The translations under genes were made by a program, and so were the position numbers. Positions 37,476-46,480 of a stretch of 64,000 bases of DNA are shown piece by piece. This stretch comes from Clostridiales bacterium (GTDB taxonomy: Bacteria > Bacillota > Clostridia > Christensenellales > CAG-138): contig SFCQ01000005.1 in the NCBI GenBank assembly GCA_004558525.1, positions 5,224 through 69,223 on the forward strand, written 5' to 3'. The notes under the pieces were generated by a model. That model did no database searches, was not told where the DNA came from, and saw nothing but the letters and a program-made list of their open reading frames with translations. Each line of letters starts with the position of its first letter. Within the stretch, counting starts at the first letter, position 1.

Positions 37476-38119
37476 CTATTAAATGGCTTGGACACAGCTG
37501 CTTTTTGATGACTACGGACAACGGGACAAGGATAATGACGGACCCATGCGACCCTGATACGGGCTATAATATAAAGCCCGTGGAATGCGACATACTTACG
37601 ATAAGCCACGATCATCACGACCACAACTATGCGGCGCTTGCGCTCGGCGAGCCCGTCAGGATAGATAGCAGCGGCGAATACAGAGTGAAGGACGTGAGCA
37701 TAACCGGCATAAACACATGGCATGACGATGCGAAGGGCAAAAAGCGCGGAGAGAACATTGTGTTCGTATTTGAATTTGACATGATGAGGATAGTGCATCT
37801 TGGCGACCTTGGCGAGGTGCCGGACGCGGAGACGCTTAAAAAGATAGGCCATACGGACGTGCTGCTGACGCCCGTGGGCGGGGTATACACGATAGATGCA
37901 AAAGGGGCCAAGGCCGTGGCGGACGCGCTTAAGCCCAAGGTGATAATACCTATGCACTACAGGACCCCCGCGCTGGCATTTGACCTTGAGGATCTATCAA
38001 AATGCATAGCGCTTGTAAAGGATAGGCCAATACACTATATACGCAACAGCGAGGCGCACCTGAGTAAGGACTCGCTTGGTACGGACAGGGTGATAACCCT
38101 TGAATACGCCAAGGAATAA
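37472..38119 (+). CDS. MBL-fold metallo-hydrolase
   Basis: HDHHDH metal motif (ISHDHHDHN). 215 aa. Confidence 0.85.
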   Translation: MTIKWLGHSCFLMTTDNGTRIMTDPCDPDTGYNIKPVECDILTISHDHHDHNYAALALGEPVRIDSSGEYRVKDVSITGINTWHDDAKGKKRGENIVFVFEFDMMRIVHLGDLGEVPDAETLKKIGHTDVLLTPVGGVYTIDAKGAKAVADALKPKVIIPMHYRTPALAFDLEDLSKCIALVKDRPIHYIRNSEAHLSKDSLGTDRVITLEYAKE

Positions 38120-38145
38120 ACAGGCTTATAATCAATAAAGGACAG

Positions 38146-40065
38146 ATGGACAACAGCGTTTTTGCAAGGCATGATTCCAGGCTGAAGGAGTTCCGCAGGC
38201 CATTCGGCGCGGCACGCGAGGGCGAAAGCATAAGGCTTTATATAGAAGCGCAGGGCGTTGCGCGGGCAAAGCTGAGGCTTTGGAGGGAAAACAGGCAGGA
38301 GATAATTGAAGGCGAAAAATGCGGCGGAGGCTTTACCTTCGCCTTTTTGACCGGCGGAGCGGGAATAATCTGGTACTATTTTATACTTGAGACAAAGGAC
38401 GGCACGCGCTATTTGGGCTCAAGCTCCCCGCTTGGCTGCGGGGACTCCAGGATAAGCGAAAACGAGCCGAACTCATGGCAGATAACGGTTTATCAGGCCC
38501 GTTTTGAGACGCCGGAAAGCGCGAAGGGCGCTATGGCTTACCAGATATTTCCGGACAGGTTCTTTAAGAGGGGCAGGGGCGGCCTTGCGCGCACGCAAAG
38601 AAGGGAAGCGCTGAACTGGGACACGGTCGCGCACGAGGATTGGGACGAGGAGGTAATGTATACCCCGCTGCCAAACAAAAGGGACTACGACCCATGCGAT
38701 TTTTACGGCGGCGACCTTGACGGGATAAGCGCCAAGCTTGATTACCTTGCAGAGATAGGCGTTACGCACATATATCTTAACCCGATATTTGAGGCGCAGG
38801 CCAACCACAGATACAACACGGGCGACTACCACAGGGTAGACGAGATGCTCGGCGGCGAGGAGGCGCTGAAAAGGCTCATCGCAGAGGCTAAAAAAAGAGG
38901 CATAAGGCTAATGCTTGACGGCGTGTTTTCGCACACCGGGGCCGAGAGCGCATACTTTAATAAAACGGGCAGGTATCCCGGGCTTGGCGCGTATCAGGGC
39001 GAAGGTTCCGCCTACTATAGTTGGTACGGCTTTGAGCATTTTCCGGACAAGTATGCTTGCTGGTGGGGATTTGAATCGCTGCCGGAGGTAAACGAGCTTG
39101 ACAGGGGGTATATGGCGTTCATAGCGGGAGTTGTAGACCATTACGCAAAGCTTGGCATAGATAGCTGGAGGCTTGACGTTGCGGACGAGCTGCCTGACGA
39201 GTTTATAGCGTTCCTGAGAAGGGAGCTTAAGAGCCGCTGCCGCGACGGGCTTTTGATAGGAGAGGTATGGGAGGATGCCTCCACAAAGTGCGGGCCAAAC
39301 GGAAGAAGGCGCTATACCGACGGGCATGAGCTTGACGGGGTTATGAATTACCCGTTTATGGAGGCTGTATACGGCTTTTTGTTGAACAGGATAGACGCGC
39401 CCGAGCTTGCGCTCCGGCTTACGGCGCTTAGGCAGAATTACCCGAAGGCATTTTATGAATCGAGCCTGAGCATGCTTTCAAGCCACGATACGCTAAGGCT
39501 TTTGACAGCCCTGTCCGGCGCGCCGGACAGGAACGCCATATCAAGAGAAGAACAGGCCGTATACAGGCCGGACGCGGACATGCTGAGGATAGGCAAAAAG
39601 CGGGTAACGCAGGCTCAGCTGATACAGCTTCTGCACCCGGGCATACCGTGCGTATACTATGGGGACGAAGCCGGAATGGAGGGCATGGCGGACCCATTCA
39701 GCAGGAGGACATATCCCTGGGGAAAAGAGGACGAAGAAATAAAGGGCAGGTTTATGACTATTGCCAGGCTGAGAAGGGAAAGCGACGCGATAAGATACGG
39801 CAAATGCTGCTTTGCATATAAAAACGAAGATGTGTTCATTATACTTAGGAGCATGGAAAAAAGCTGCGCAATGGGTATAGTTAACAGGAGCGGGCGCGAA
39901 AAGAGCTTTTATATAGACAGGAGCGACTTTTCGTATGGACCCGACGCGGACGGGGTGATGCTGGATACAGGCGTAAGCGACGTGCTTGACGGGGGCAGCA
40001 AGACGGGCGAAAACGGCAGAATGTTTATAAGAATCAAGCCCTACTCGGCGATGCTGCTATGTTGA
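38146..40065 (+). CDS. Glycoside hydrolase family 13 (neopullulanase/cyclomaltodextrinase-like alpha-amylase)
   Basis: GH13 conserved regions DGVFSHT, GWRLDVADE, EVWED and (S)HDT. Confidence 0.85.
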   Translation: MDNSVFARHDSRLKEFRRPFGAAREGESIRLYIEAQGVARAKLRLWRENRQEIIEGEKCGGGFTFAFLTGGAGIIWYYFILETKDGTRYLGSSSPLGCGDSRISENEPNSWQITVYQARFETPESAKGAMAYQIFPDRFFKRGRGGLARTQRREALNWDTVAHEDWDEEVMYTPLPNKRDYDPCDFYGGDLDGISAKLDYLAEIGVTHIYLNPIFEAQANHRYNTGDYHRVDEMLGGEEALKRLIAEAKKRGIRLMLDGVFSHTGAESAYFNKTGRYPGLGAYQGEGSAYYSWYGFEHFPDKYACWWGFESLPEVNELDRGYMAFIAGVVDHYAKLGIDSWRLDVADELPDEFIAFLRRELKSRCRDGLLIGEVWEDASTKCGPNGRRRYTDGHELDGVMNYPFMEAVYGFLLNRIDAPELALRLTALRQNYPKAFYESSLSMLSSHDTLRLLTALSGAPDRNAISREEQAVYRPDADMLRIGKKRVTQAQLIQLLHPGIPCVYYGDEAGMEGMADPFSRRTYPWGKEDEEIKGRFMTIARLRRESDAIRYGKCCFAYKNEDVFIILRSMEKSCAMGIVNRSGREKSFYIDRSDFSYGPDADGVMLDTGVSDVLDGGSKTGENGRMFIRIKPYSAMLLC

Positions 40066-40161
40066 AATGCCGCCGCCATTATGATAGAATAAACTGACCA
40101 ATGAAGGAAGCTGCCCGAAGGGGGCGGATAAGGTTTAGAATAAACTACGGAGGATAACACA

Positions 40162-40359
40162 ATGGTTGAAAAGACTATGACCATCGAAGAGATACTGCGC
40201 CAGGACGAAGGCCTTGCCAACATACTGCTGGCGAGCGGCATGCACTGCCTTGGCTGCGTTATGGCCAGCGGCGAAAACCTTGAGCAGGCCTGCGCGGTAC
40301 ACGGCATAGACGCCGATGCGCTAACTAAGCAGCTGAACGATTATCTTGCAAACAAATAA
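40162..40359 (+). CDS. DUF1858-domain protein (hybrid-cluster-protein-associated redox disulfide domain)
   Basis: 65 aa with GMHCLGC motif. Confidence 0.65.
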   Translation: MVEKTMTIEEILRQDEGLANILLASGMHCLGCVMASGENLEQACAVHGIDADALTKQLNDYLANK

Positions 40360-40365
40360 GCTGCT

Positions 40366-40845
40366 GTGAACGCAAAAAAGCTTGCAAGGGGGGCCATAAC
40401 GGCCGCCCTTTATGCATTGATAACGGTAGCGATAGCGCCTATAAGCTCGGGGCTGATGCAGCTAAGGCTTTCGGAAGGGCTATGCGTGCTGCCCTATTTT
40501 GCGCCCGAAACGGCGATAGGGCTTTTTGTGGGCTGCGTAGCTGCGAATCTTATAACCGGCGCAATGTGGCTGGACGTTGTGTTCGGCAGCCTTGCTACGC
40601 TTGCCGCAGGGCTTATCACGGCCATGATAGGAAAAAGGGGGCTTTCAAAATGGATAGCGCCGCTGCCGGCGGTGATAATAAACGCGCTGGTGATAGGGGC
40701 GGTGCTGTGCTACGGATACAAGGTGGGCGCGGAATATTATGCTTGCGCATTGTATGTTGCGCTTGGCGAGGCCATAAGCTGCTACGCCGTGGGCATGCCG
40801 GTATGCGCCGCGATAAGGCCGATAGAAAAGAAGCTGTTCGGCTGA
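40366..40845 (+). CDS. queT: Queuosine precursor transporter QueT
   Basis: GTG start. ITAALYALITVAIAPISSG..RLSE N-terminus and 5-TM layout are typical of QueT. Confidence 0.75.
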   Translation: MNAKKLARGAITAALYALITVAIAPISSGLMQLRLSEGLCVLPYFAPETAIGLFVGCVAANLITGAMWLDVVFGSLATLAAGLITAMIGKRGLSKWIAPLPAVIINALVIGAVLCYGYKVGAEYYACALYVALGEAISCYAVGMPVCAAIRPIEKKLFG

Positions 40846-40855
40846 TTTTTGGACC

Positions 40856-40899
40856 TTTGCGCACAGTTTGCACACAATTGGCGCACGTTTTGGCGCACA
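40856..40899 (+). promoter_or_regulatory. Four direct repeats TTTGCGCACA / TTTGCACACA / TTGGCGCAC / TTTTGGCGCACA upstream of the module-2 promoter
   Basis: Seen directly, at roughly 11-bp periodicity, ending about 33 bp upstream of the -35. Confidence 0.55.
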
Positions 40900-40931
40900 A
40901 AGCCGCAGCAAAAGACGCATGTTTTTTGCCG

Positions 40932-40960
40932 TTGAAATGCGCAGACGCATAAGCTATAAT
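40932..40960 (+). promoter_or_regulatory. Near-consensus sigma-A promoter (TTGAAA-17-TATAAT)
   Basis: Hexamers at 40932-40937 and 40955-40960. The spacer contains the palindrome ATGCGcagaCGCAT. Confidence 0.55.
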
Positions 40961-40970
40961 TAACACGCTG

Positions 40971-41018
40971 GAAGAACAGGCAAGGGAGCTATCCCAAACC
41001 CGTTCTTCTTTTATTTTT
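40971..41018 (+). terminator. Intrinsic terminator 1 in the module-2 leader
   Basis: Outer stem GAAGAAC/GTTCTTC around an interrupted extended hairpin (GAAGAACaGG ... CCcGTTCTTC) with inner stem GGGAgctaTCCC, followed by TTTTATTTTT. Confidence 0.65.
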
Positions 41019-41022
41019 GGCG

Positions 41023-41050
41023 AGCGCCGGCCGTAACGGGCGCTTTTTTT
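41023..41050 (+). terminator. Intrinsic terminator 2 in the module-2 leader
   Basis: Stem AGCGCC..GGCGCT, followed by T7. The inverted pair TGTGCG-taaaa-CGCGCAC follows at 41050-41067, just before the RBS. Confidence 0.6.
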
Positions 41051-41081
41051 GTGCGTAAAACGCGCACGGAAAGGAGACGCG

Positions 41082-41729
41082 ATGAACTTAAGGACAGATG
41101 TGCCGCATGAGCTGCCTGATACGGAGCTTAAAAGCAAGGGGCGCGGCGCGGTGAAGGAGGCCCTAATGCAGCTTAGGGCCGAGGGGTATCCCGTTGAACT
41201 GCCGAAGGAGGCGGCAGAGGATACGGACGAGGAGCAGCTTAGCGCCGAAGCGGTGCGCGAGGCCTATGAAAACAGCATAGAGTACAGGCTCGGCTGCGAG
41301 ATAATGGACGGGCTGACCCAGAGCTACGGATTGAGCAGCGAGGATGCGGAGGCAATGCTGACGGGAGAGTATTCGCCAAAAAGCTGCCAGATTATAGCCT
41401 CAAGAGCTGCCGAGGTGCTCAGCAGGCTGAACGCTGAAAACAAGCTTAAAAGGCCGATAGACAGCTACCTTGAGGAGGAGGGCTTTCTTTCAATGCTCAG
41501 GCAGATGCCCGTTGAGCTTGCGGTGAGGATAAAGGAGGCCGAATGGGAGGCCGAGGGCGCAAGCAACGCAAGAAGCGACGGCGAGAGGAACGCAATAGAA
41601 AAGCTGCGCGCACGCCAGGCGCTGCCGGCGCCGATGCGCACCATAATCCCAGCCAGCGCCGAGCCTGACTTCGCTACCATGTCAAGCGAGGAATTCAAGC
41701 GATTTAAGCAGAGGCATTTCGGCCAGTAA
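41082..41729 (+). CDS. Putative scaffolding protein
   Basis: Acidic, helical, low-complexity 215-aa protein immediately upstream of the capsid gene. RBS AAGGAG. Confidence 0.5.
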   Translation: MNLRTDVPHELPDTELKSKGRGAVKEALMQLRAEGYPVELPKEAAEDTDEEQLSAEAVREAYENSIEYRLGCEIMDGLTQSYGLSSEDAEAMLTGEYSPKSCQIIASRAAEVLSRLNAENKLKRPIDSYLEEEGFLSMLRQMPVELAVRIKEAEWEAEGASNARSDGERNAIEKLRARQALPAPMRTIIPASAEPDFATMSSEEFKRFKQRHFGQ

Positions 41730-41797
41730 GCGGCAAAGCAGAGCCGGAACAGAAACAGAAAATCAAAAGCTGAAACAAAAAGAAAGGAAATAAAACA

Positions 41798-42991
41798 ATG
41801 AACACCAACACCACTTTTTCTACATCAGATAGCACCGGCCTCAACAAGCAGTACTTCGACAGGCAGCTTCTTGAAGGCGCTAAGACCCGCTTCGTATTCA
41901 CCAAGTACGGCCAGAAGCGAACCGTCCCCCTCAACAACGGCAAGAGGGTGGAGTTCCGCCGATGGAACCTTTTTGACATTGACGACAAGATGTGCGCCCT
42001 TGAGGAGGGCAGGACTCCGGACGGGCAGTCCCTTTCCCAGAGCAGCGTTGAGGCAGGGCTTACCCAGTACGGCGCATATGTCGAGATAAGCGACCTGCTT
42101 GAGGATACCGCCTACGACAAGGTGCTTAGCGACAGCGCGGAGCTGCTTGGCGAGCAGATAGGCACCGTTATGGAATGGGTCACCCGAGACGCAATTTCAA
42201 GCGGCAACAACGTGCAGCGCGTGGGCGGCAAGTCCAGCCGAAGCGAGATAGCCGCAACGGATACGCTGACTGTAAACGAGGTGAGGAAGGCCGTGCGCAC
42301 GCTCAAAAAGGCCAAGGCGCGCCCCTTCACTATGGACGGGCGCAGGCCCCACTATGTTTGCATATGCTCCCCTGACGCGGTGTACGACCTGCAGAACGAT
42401 TCGCTTTGGCAGGATGTTTCCAAGTATTCCAATGCCGAAAGCATATACACCGGCGAGATCGGCAGGCTTTTCGGCGTGGTATTTGTTGAATCCACTGAAG
42501 CCAAGGTGATACACCAGGCGGTACACACCAAGGTGGCGAGCCACACAGCCAACAGCGCGGACATTACGCTTGCTGAGATAAGCGACGCCGCTGCCGCCTA
42601 CATGGGCCGCGAAGGCGCCAGGATAAACATAGGCGACAACGAGTATACCGTGAAGAGCGTAGACAAGGCCAATAATATGATAACCCTTACCGCCGCCGTG
42701 ACCACCGCAATAGCCGCCGATACCGTTGTATACAGCAAGGAGGCCGGCGCGCTTGCAAGCGACAAGACCGCCGCAGACGTACACATGACCCTTATATTTG
42801 GCAAGGACGCATACGGCGTTATAGACCTTGAGAACGGCGCGATGGAGAGCATAGTAAAGCCCCGCGGCAGCGCAGGCGCGGACGACCCGCTGAATCAGCG
42901 TTCCACAGTAGGCGCGAAGGTAACGGGCTTTGCGGCAGTTATACTGAACGATCTGTGGATAGTGCGCATAGAGCATGGCGTAAGCGCCTGA
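41798..42991 (+). CDS. Major capsid protein (HK97 fold, N4-gp56-like family)
   Basis: N-terminal pattern QYFDRQLLEGAKTRFVF..YGQKRTVPLNNGKRVEFRRW and the C-terminal DLWIVRIEH are typical of this capsid family. Confidence 0.8.
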   Translation: MNTNTTFSTSDSTGLNKQYFDRQLLEGAKTRFVFTKYGQKRTVPLNNGKRVEFRRWNLFDIDDKMCALEEGRTPDGQSLSQSSVEAGLTQYGAYVEISDLLEDTAYDKVLSDSAELLGEQIGTVMEWVTRDAISSGNNVQRVGGKSSRSEIAATDTLTVNEVRKAVRTLKKAKARPFTMDGRRPHYVCICSPDAVYDLQNDSLWQDVSKYSNAESIYTGEIGRLFGVVFVESTEAKVIHQAVHTKVASHTANSADITLAEISDAAAAYMGREGARINIGDNEYTVKSVDKANNMITLTAAVTTAIAADTVVYSKEAGALASDKTAADVHMTLIFGKDAYGVIDLENGAMESIVKPRGSAGADDPLNQRSTVGAKVTGFAAVILNDLWIVRIEHGVSA

Positions 42992-43050
42992 TGCGGCTTT
43001 ATTAAAAATCAGGAAGAGCAAACAGATAAGCATATAAGGAGGGAAGGAGC

Positions 43051-43335
43051 ATGGACATGATGAGCGAAAGGGAAATGGAACGCGAAATCAGCGCCGCGCT
43101 CGACGCTCAGCGCGCCGAGGAACAGGTTGAAATCATGCTCGCTAAGCTTCCGGGGGTAAGCAATTACCCCTGGGAGGGCGCGCTGAACGGCCACTTTTAC
43201 AGGATAAAAAGGGGAGTCAGGGTGAGAGTGCCAAGGAGCATAGCTGAGCTGATAAGCGAAAACGAGCGCATATGCGAGGAAAGCCGGAGCGAGCTGAACG
43301 AATACGCGAAAGGCGCGGGCAAAAGGCTTGGATAA
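43051..43335 (+). CDS. Phage structural-module protein, unknown function (94 aa)
   Basis: Strong RBS AAGGAGGGAAGGAG. In-operon position after the capsid gene. Confidence 0.55.
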   Translation: MDMMSEREMEREISAALDAQRAEEQVEIMLAKLPGVSNYPWEGALNGHFYRIKRGVRVRVPRSIAELISENERICEESRSELNEYAKGAGKRLG

Positions 43336-43346
43336 GGGGTGAGGAT

Positions 43347-43895
43347 ATGACGCTGAACGACATTATAGTTAACGCGCTTATGCAGATGGACAGGGGGCAT
43401 GACGCGCAGACGCTTGACATATGGCGAGACAAGCTGACGGGCTTTGCCAACGATGCGATAGCCGACCTTGCGATGACGATAAAGCCTGTACGGACGGAAA
43501 AGGCCGAGATAGACAACAGCTGCATAGATTGCTCAAGGCTGCAAAGGGAATGCGTTAAGGTGGTAAGGGTACGCATAAACGGCAGGGATATGCCGTTTTA
43601 TGGCGACGATGCCGACGGCAGCATAATACTGCTTGACAACACGGACGAGGAGCAAGCGGAGATAACATACCGCTTTATGCCCAAAACGCTTAGCGCCGCA
43701 ACAGATGAGCCGGAGCTGCCGGTAAGGTGCCACAACCTGATAGTTACATACGTTGTTGCGAGGGAAAGGGCCGCGGGAGACGTTGGCACGCAAAGGGGAG
43801 GCAACATATATTTTCAGCTATACGAAGCCGGGAAGCTCAAGCTAAGGCCGCACATAGGCGGAGCCGACGCATACAGGCTTGTGAACAGGTGGTGA
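43347..43895 (+). CDS. Putative head-tail adaptor (P22 gp4-sized, 182 aa)
   Basis: Assigned on position and size only. ATG at 43347 follows GGGGTGAGG. Confidence 0.45.
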   Translation: MTLNDIIVNALMQMDRGHDAQTLDIWRDKLTGFANDAIADLAMTIKPVRTEKAEIDNSCIDCSRLQRECVKVVRVRINGRDMPFYGDDADGSIILLDNTDEEQAEITYRFMPKTLSAATDEPELPVRCHNLIVTYVVARERAAGDVGTQRGGNIYFQLYEAGKLKLRPHIGGADAYRLVNRW

Positions 43896-43899
43896 GGCA

Positions 43900-45324
43900 A
43901 TGTCGAGGACTATATACCACATAAACGAGTTTGTGGGAATAGATCAATCCCATGACGAGAACGGCCTTAAACCCATGATGAGCCCCGACGCATGCAATAT
44001 GGACACCACCGACGGCAATTTGAGCGTGGCCAGGGGGTGCGTCAGGCACATACAGGCGGCCATACCCGGAGATGGGGGAATACACGCGCTGAAGATATTC
44101 TCTACGCTTTCTGGGGACATGTTCATAGCCGCGGCGGGTGAGAGCATATACGCCTACAAGGACGGGGAATGGAAAAGCGTGTACACATATTCAGACGGGC
44201 TGAGCGAGCACCATTTTGACTTTGTACAGGCGCAGATAGCGTCAAAGGACTATTTGATAATAGCAAGCGGGGAAAAGCAGCTTGTAAAGTTTGACGGAAC
44301 GACGGCTGCGCCGTTCGGCAGCGAGGAGGAATTATCAAACAAGGCTGTGGGCTACCTTGCGATGTACAGAAGCAGGCTGTTTTCGGCAGGAGACAAGGAA
44401 AACCCGAACAGGCTGTATTGGTCCCAGCTGCCAGGCGGGACAAGGAGCATAGAAAGCTGGGGCCCCGTGGAGGCCAGCCCGAACGTTGAAGGCGGCCATA
44501 CCGAGGTAGGCAGCATGAAGAGCGACCCGATAGTAGGCCTTGCGGCGCTGAGCAATCAGCTTATCATATTCAAGCAGAACAGCATATACAGGCTGCTTGG
44601 AGATAAACCGAGCAACTTTATTGTTGAAGAGGTGGAGGCAAGGAACGAAAGCACCGTTTATACGGCCATAGTAAAGCGCGCTGGCAGCTTATTCTTCCTT
44701 ACAAAGGGAGGATTGTGCATATTCAACGGCGTTAACGCGCAAACGATGGCCGACGCAAGGCGTATACAGGGGATACTGAAAAACTCATCGACAGCAGACA
44801 GCCGTGGGGCGATATGCCGCGACAAGCTGTACTTTACCATAAGCGAAAACAACAAATGCGCCATGATAGAATACGACCTTACAAGGGGCGCGTACATGCT
44901 GAGGAGAGGCTTTACGGCATACGATATATGCTCCAAGGGCGGCACGGTATACCTGGTCAACGAGAACCGCTGCGTATGCAGGCTGGACGAAGGTACGAGC
45001 TACGATGGCGCTCCCGTGAACGCATACTGGCAGACGCCTAAGACCGACCTTTACGACAAGGGCGGGATAAAGGCCATGCGAGCGCTTTATTTAAGGGGTC
45101 AAAGCGACGATGCCGACAGCGCGACGCTGATAGACGTGACGATAGGCGGGTGCGTAACGACATACCGCACGCTTTTGCCCAAAAGCGAAAACGACGTGCT
45201 CGAGGTGCCGCTGCAAAACGAGGGAAGGACGTTCTGCATGCGCATATACAATGAAGCCGGAGGCAGCTTTACGCTGAAAAGCGGCATGGAGGCCGAGTTT
45301 GACGCAAGGAGGAGGAGCGAGTAA
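43900..45324 (+). CDS. Putative tail hub / DNA-stabilisation protein (P22 gp10-sized, 474 aa)
   Basis: Size and position mirror gp10 of P22-like podoviruses. Beta-rich sequence. No search was possible. Confidence 0.45.
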   Translation: MSRTIYHINEFVGIDQSHDENGLKPMMSPDACNMDTTDGNLSVARGCVRHIQAAIPGDGGIHALKIFSTLSGDMFIAAAGESIYAYKDGEWKSVYTYSDGLSEHHFDFVQAQIASKDYLIIASGEKQLVKFDGTTAAPFGSEEELSNKAVGYLAMYRSRLFSAGDKENPNRLYWSQLPGGTRSIESWGPVEASPNVEGGHTEVGSMKSDPIVGLAALSNQLIIFKQNSIYRLLGDKPSNFIVEEVEARNESTVYTAIVKRAGSLFFLTKGGLCIFNGVNAQTMADARRIQGILKNSSTADSRGAICRDKLYFTISENNKCAMIEYDLTRGAYMLRRGFTAYDICSKGGTVYLVNENRCVCRLDEGTSYDGAPVNAYWQTPKTDLYDKGGIKAMRALYLRGQSDDADSATLIDVTIGGCVTTYRTLLPKSENDVLEVPLQNEGRTFCMRIYNEAGGSFTLKSGMEAEFDARRRSE

Positions 45325-45500
45325 TGGCGATGGACATGAGGGCGCTATACACCATAGCGCTTACTGCGCAGAGGGAAAGCCCTACGGCTGAGGAGGACAT
45401 AAAGGCGAACGAAAACTGCCTTAACCAGAATTTCACCATATTGGCGCAGAAGATAGAGGAGCTTGAAAACAGGGTAAAGGCCCTTGAAAGCGCGACATGA
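45324..45500 (+). CDS. Small coiled-coil protein (58 aa)
   Basis: TAATG overlap with the upstream stop. Heptad-like C-terminus (ILAQKIEELENRVKALE). Not in the ORF track, which omits ORFs under 60 aa. Confidence 0.4.
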   Translation: MAMDMRALYTIALTAQRESPTAEEDIKANENCLNQNFTILAQKIEELENRVKALESAT

Positions 45501-45568
45501 GGCGAGATATGAACTAAAAACCGCAGCAAAAACAGACACAGCATAAAAACAAACAGGGAGGAATAACA

Positions 45569-46480
45569 ATGGCAAGCTATTATGTTACCGGCTACAGCAC
45601 GCCGCAGGGCGTGAGCAGCCGGGCGGACGTGAGAGAATGGCAGAACAGGCTTGGGGTCAAGGCGGACGGGATATGGGGCCCCAAGACACAGGCTGCATAC
45701 GAGCAATACAATGCGGCAAACTCGCTCAACACGTTCCAAAACTACTATAACACGATTATGGGCGCGCTGAGCGTGCCTTCGATAAGCGTAAACGTACCCT
45801 CAAAAGAGGCGCTTAAGGCGGATATATCAAGCTACCTCAGGCCGAGCGTTGATCTTGCGATATCGAACAGGCGCGCAAGGGGAGAAACGAACAAGGCGGA
45901 GCTTGATGCGGACGCCGTGAGCCGCGGCATGGGCGCATCGACATATGTGACCAGCATGAAGGGCCGCGAGGACGGCAAGGTGGAAAGCGACATTTCAATG
46001 ATGGAGGCGCAATACACCGCCACGCTTGCCGAGCGCATAGCGAGCGCGCTTGAAAAATACGAGGCGATGAGCATGCAGGCGCAGATGCAGAACGCTCAGT
46101 ATGCCTACAACGCGCAGAGTACGGCGCTTGGGCTGGCATCGCAATGGTTCAACAGCTACATGAACAACGCCGCAAAAAACGTGAAGCGCAGCGGCGGCAC
46201 ATCCTCAAAGGGCGGACTTGGCCTGGCAAGCAAAAACATGTCCACAAAGGATTATATTCGCTTTGTAGGCGGGCTTTCCGGCTCCGAAAGATCGATGCTG
46301 TACAATTCCGGCTCCACAGAATGGGCCCTTATGCGCCTTGAGCTGCAGGACGCGCTCGGCAAGGACGGCTACAACGAGGTACGCTCGGCCTTCCCGGTGG
46401 CGCCGCTTAGGACAACGGGTATAGGCGCTTCCAAATCCACAAACAGGAGGAGCGGATCATGGGCGACAATACGACGGTAA
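45569..46480 (+). CDS. Virion-associated protein with an N-terminal peptidoglycan-binding domain
   Basis: VREWQNRLGVKADGIWGPKTQAAYEQ is a PG_binding_1 motif. The remainder is helical and Ser/Ala/Met-rich. Confidence 0.55.
   Translation: MASYYVTGYSTPQGVSSRADVREWQNRLGVKADGIWGPKTQAAYEQYNAANSLNTFQNYYNTIMGALSVPSISVNVPSKEALKADISSYLRPSVDLAISNRRARGETNKAELDADAVSRGMGASTYVTSMKGREDGKVESDISMMEAQYTATLAERIASALEKYEAMSMQAQMQNAQYAYNAQSTALGLASQWFNSYMNNAAKNVKRSGGTSSKGGLGLASKNMSTKDYIRFVGGLSGSERSMLYNSGSTEWALMRLELQDALGKDGYNEVRSAFPVAPLRTTGIGASKSTNRRSGSWATIRR

Noticed and set aside
40066-40365. preQ1 riboswitch upstream of queT.
   Set aside because: queT starts 7 nt after the DUF1858 gene, and the 95-nt leader before that gene shows no preQ1-I or preQ1-II consensus that I can recognise.
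14016-41081. Whether the 27-kb interval between the modules is a mobile island inserted into a prophage.
   Set aside because: No recombinase, transposase or flanking direct repeats were seen. The content is core metabolism and sporulation genes with the same codon habit as the rest of the chromosome. It cannot be fully excluded without comparative genomics.
41798-42991. Whether the HK97-fold protein could be an encapsulin shell rather than a phage capsid.
   Set aside because: It sits in an operon with scaffold, adaptor, tail-fibre-like, endolysin and holin genes, and a terminase plus portal are present in the window. No cargo-type gene with a targeting peptide is adjacent.
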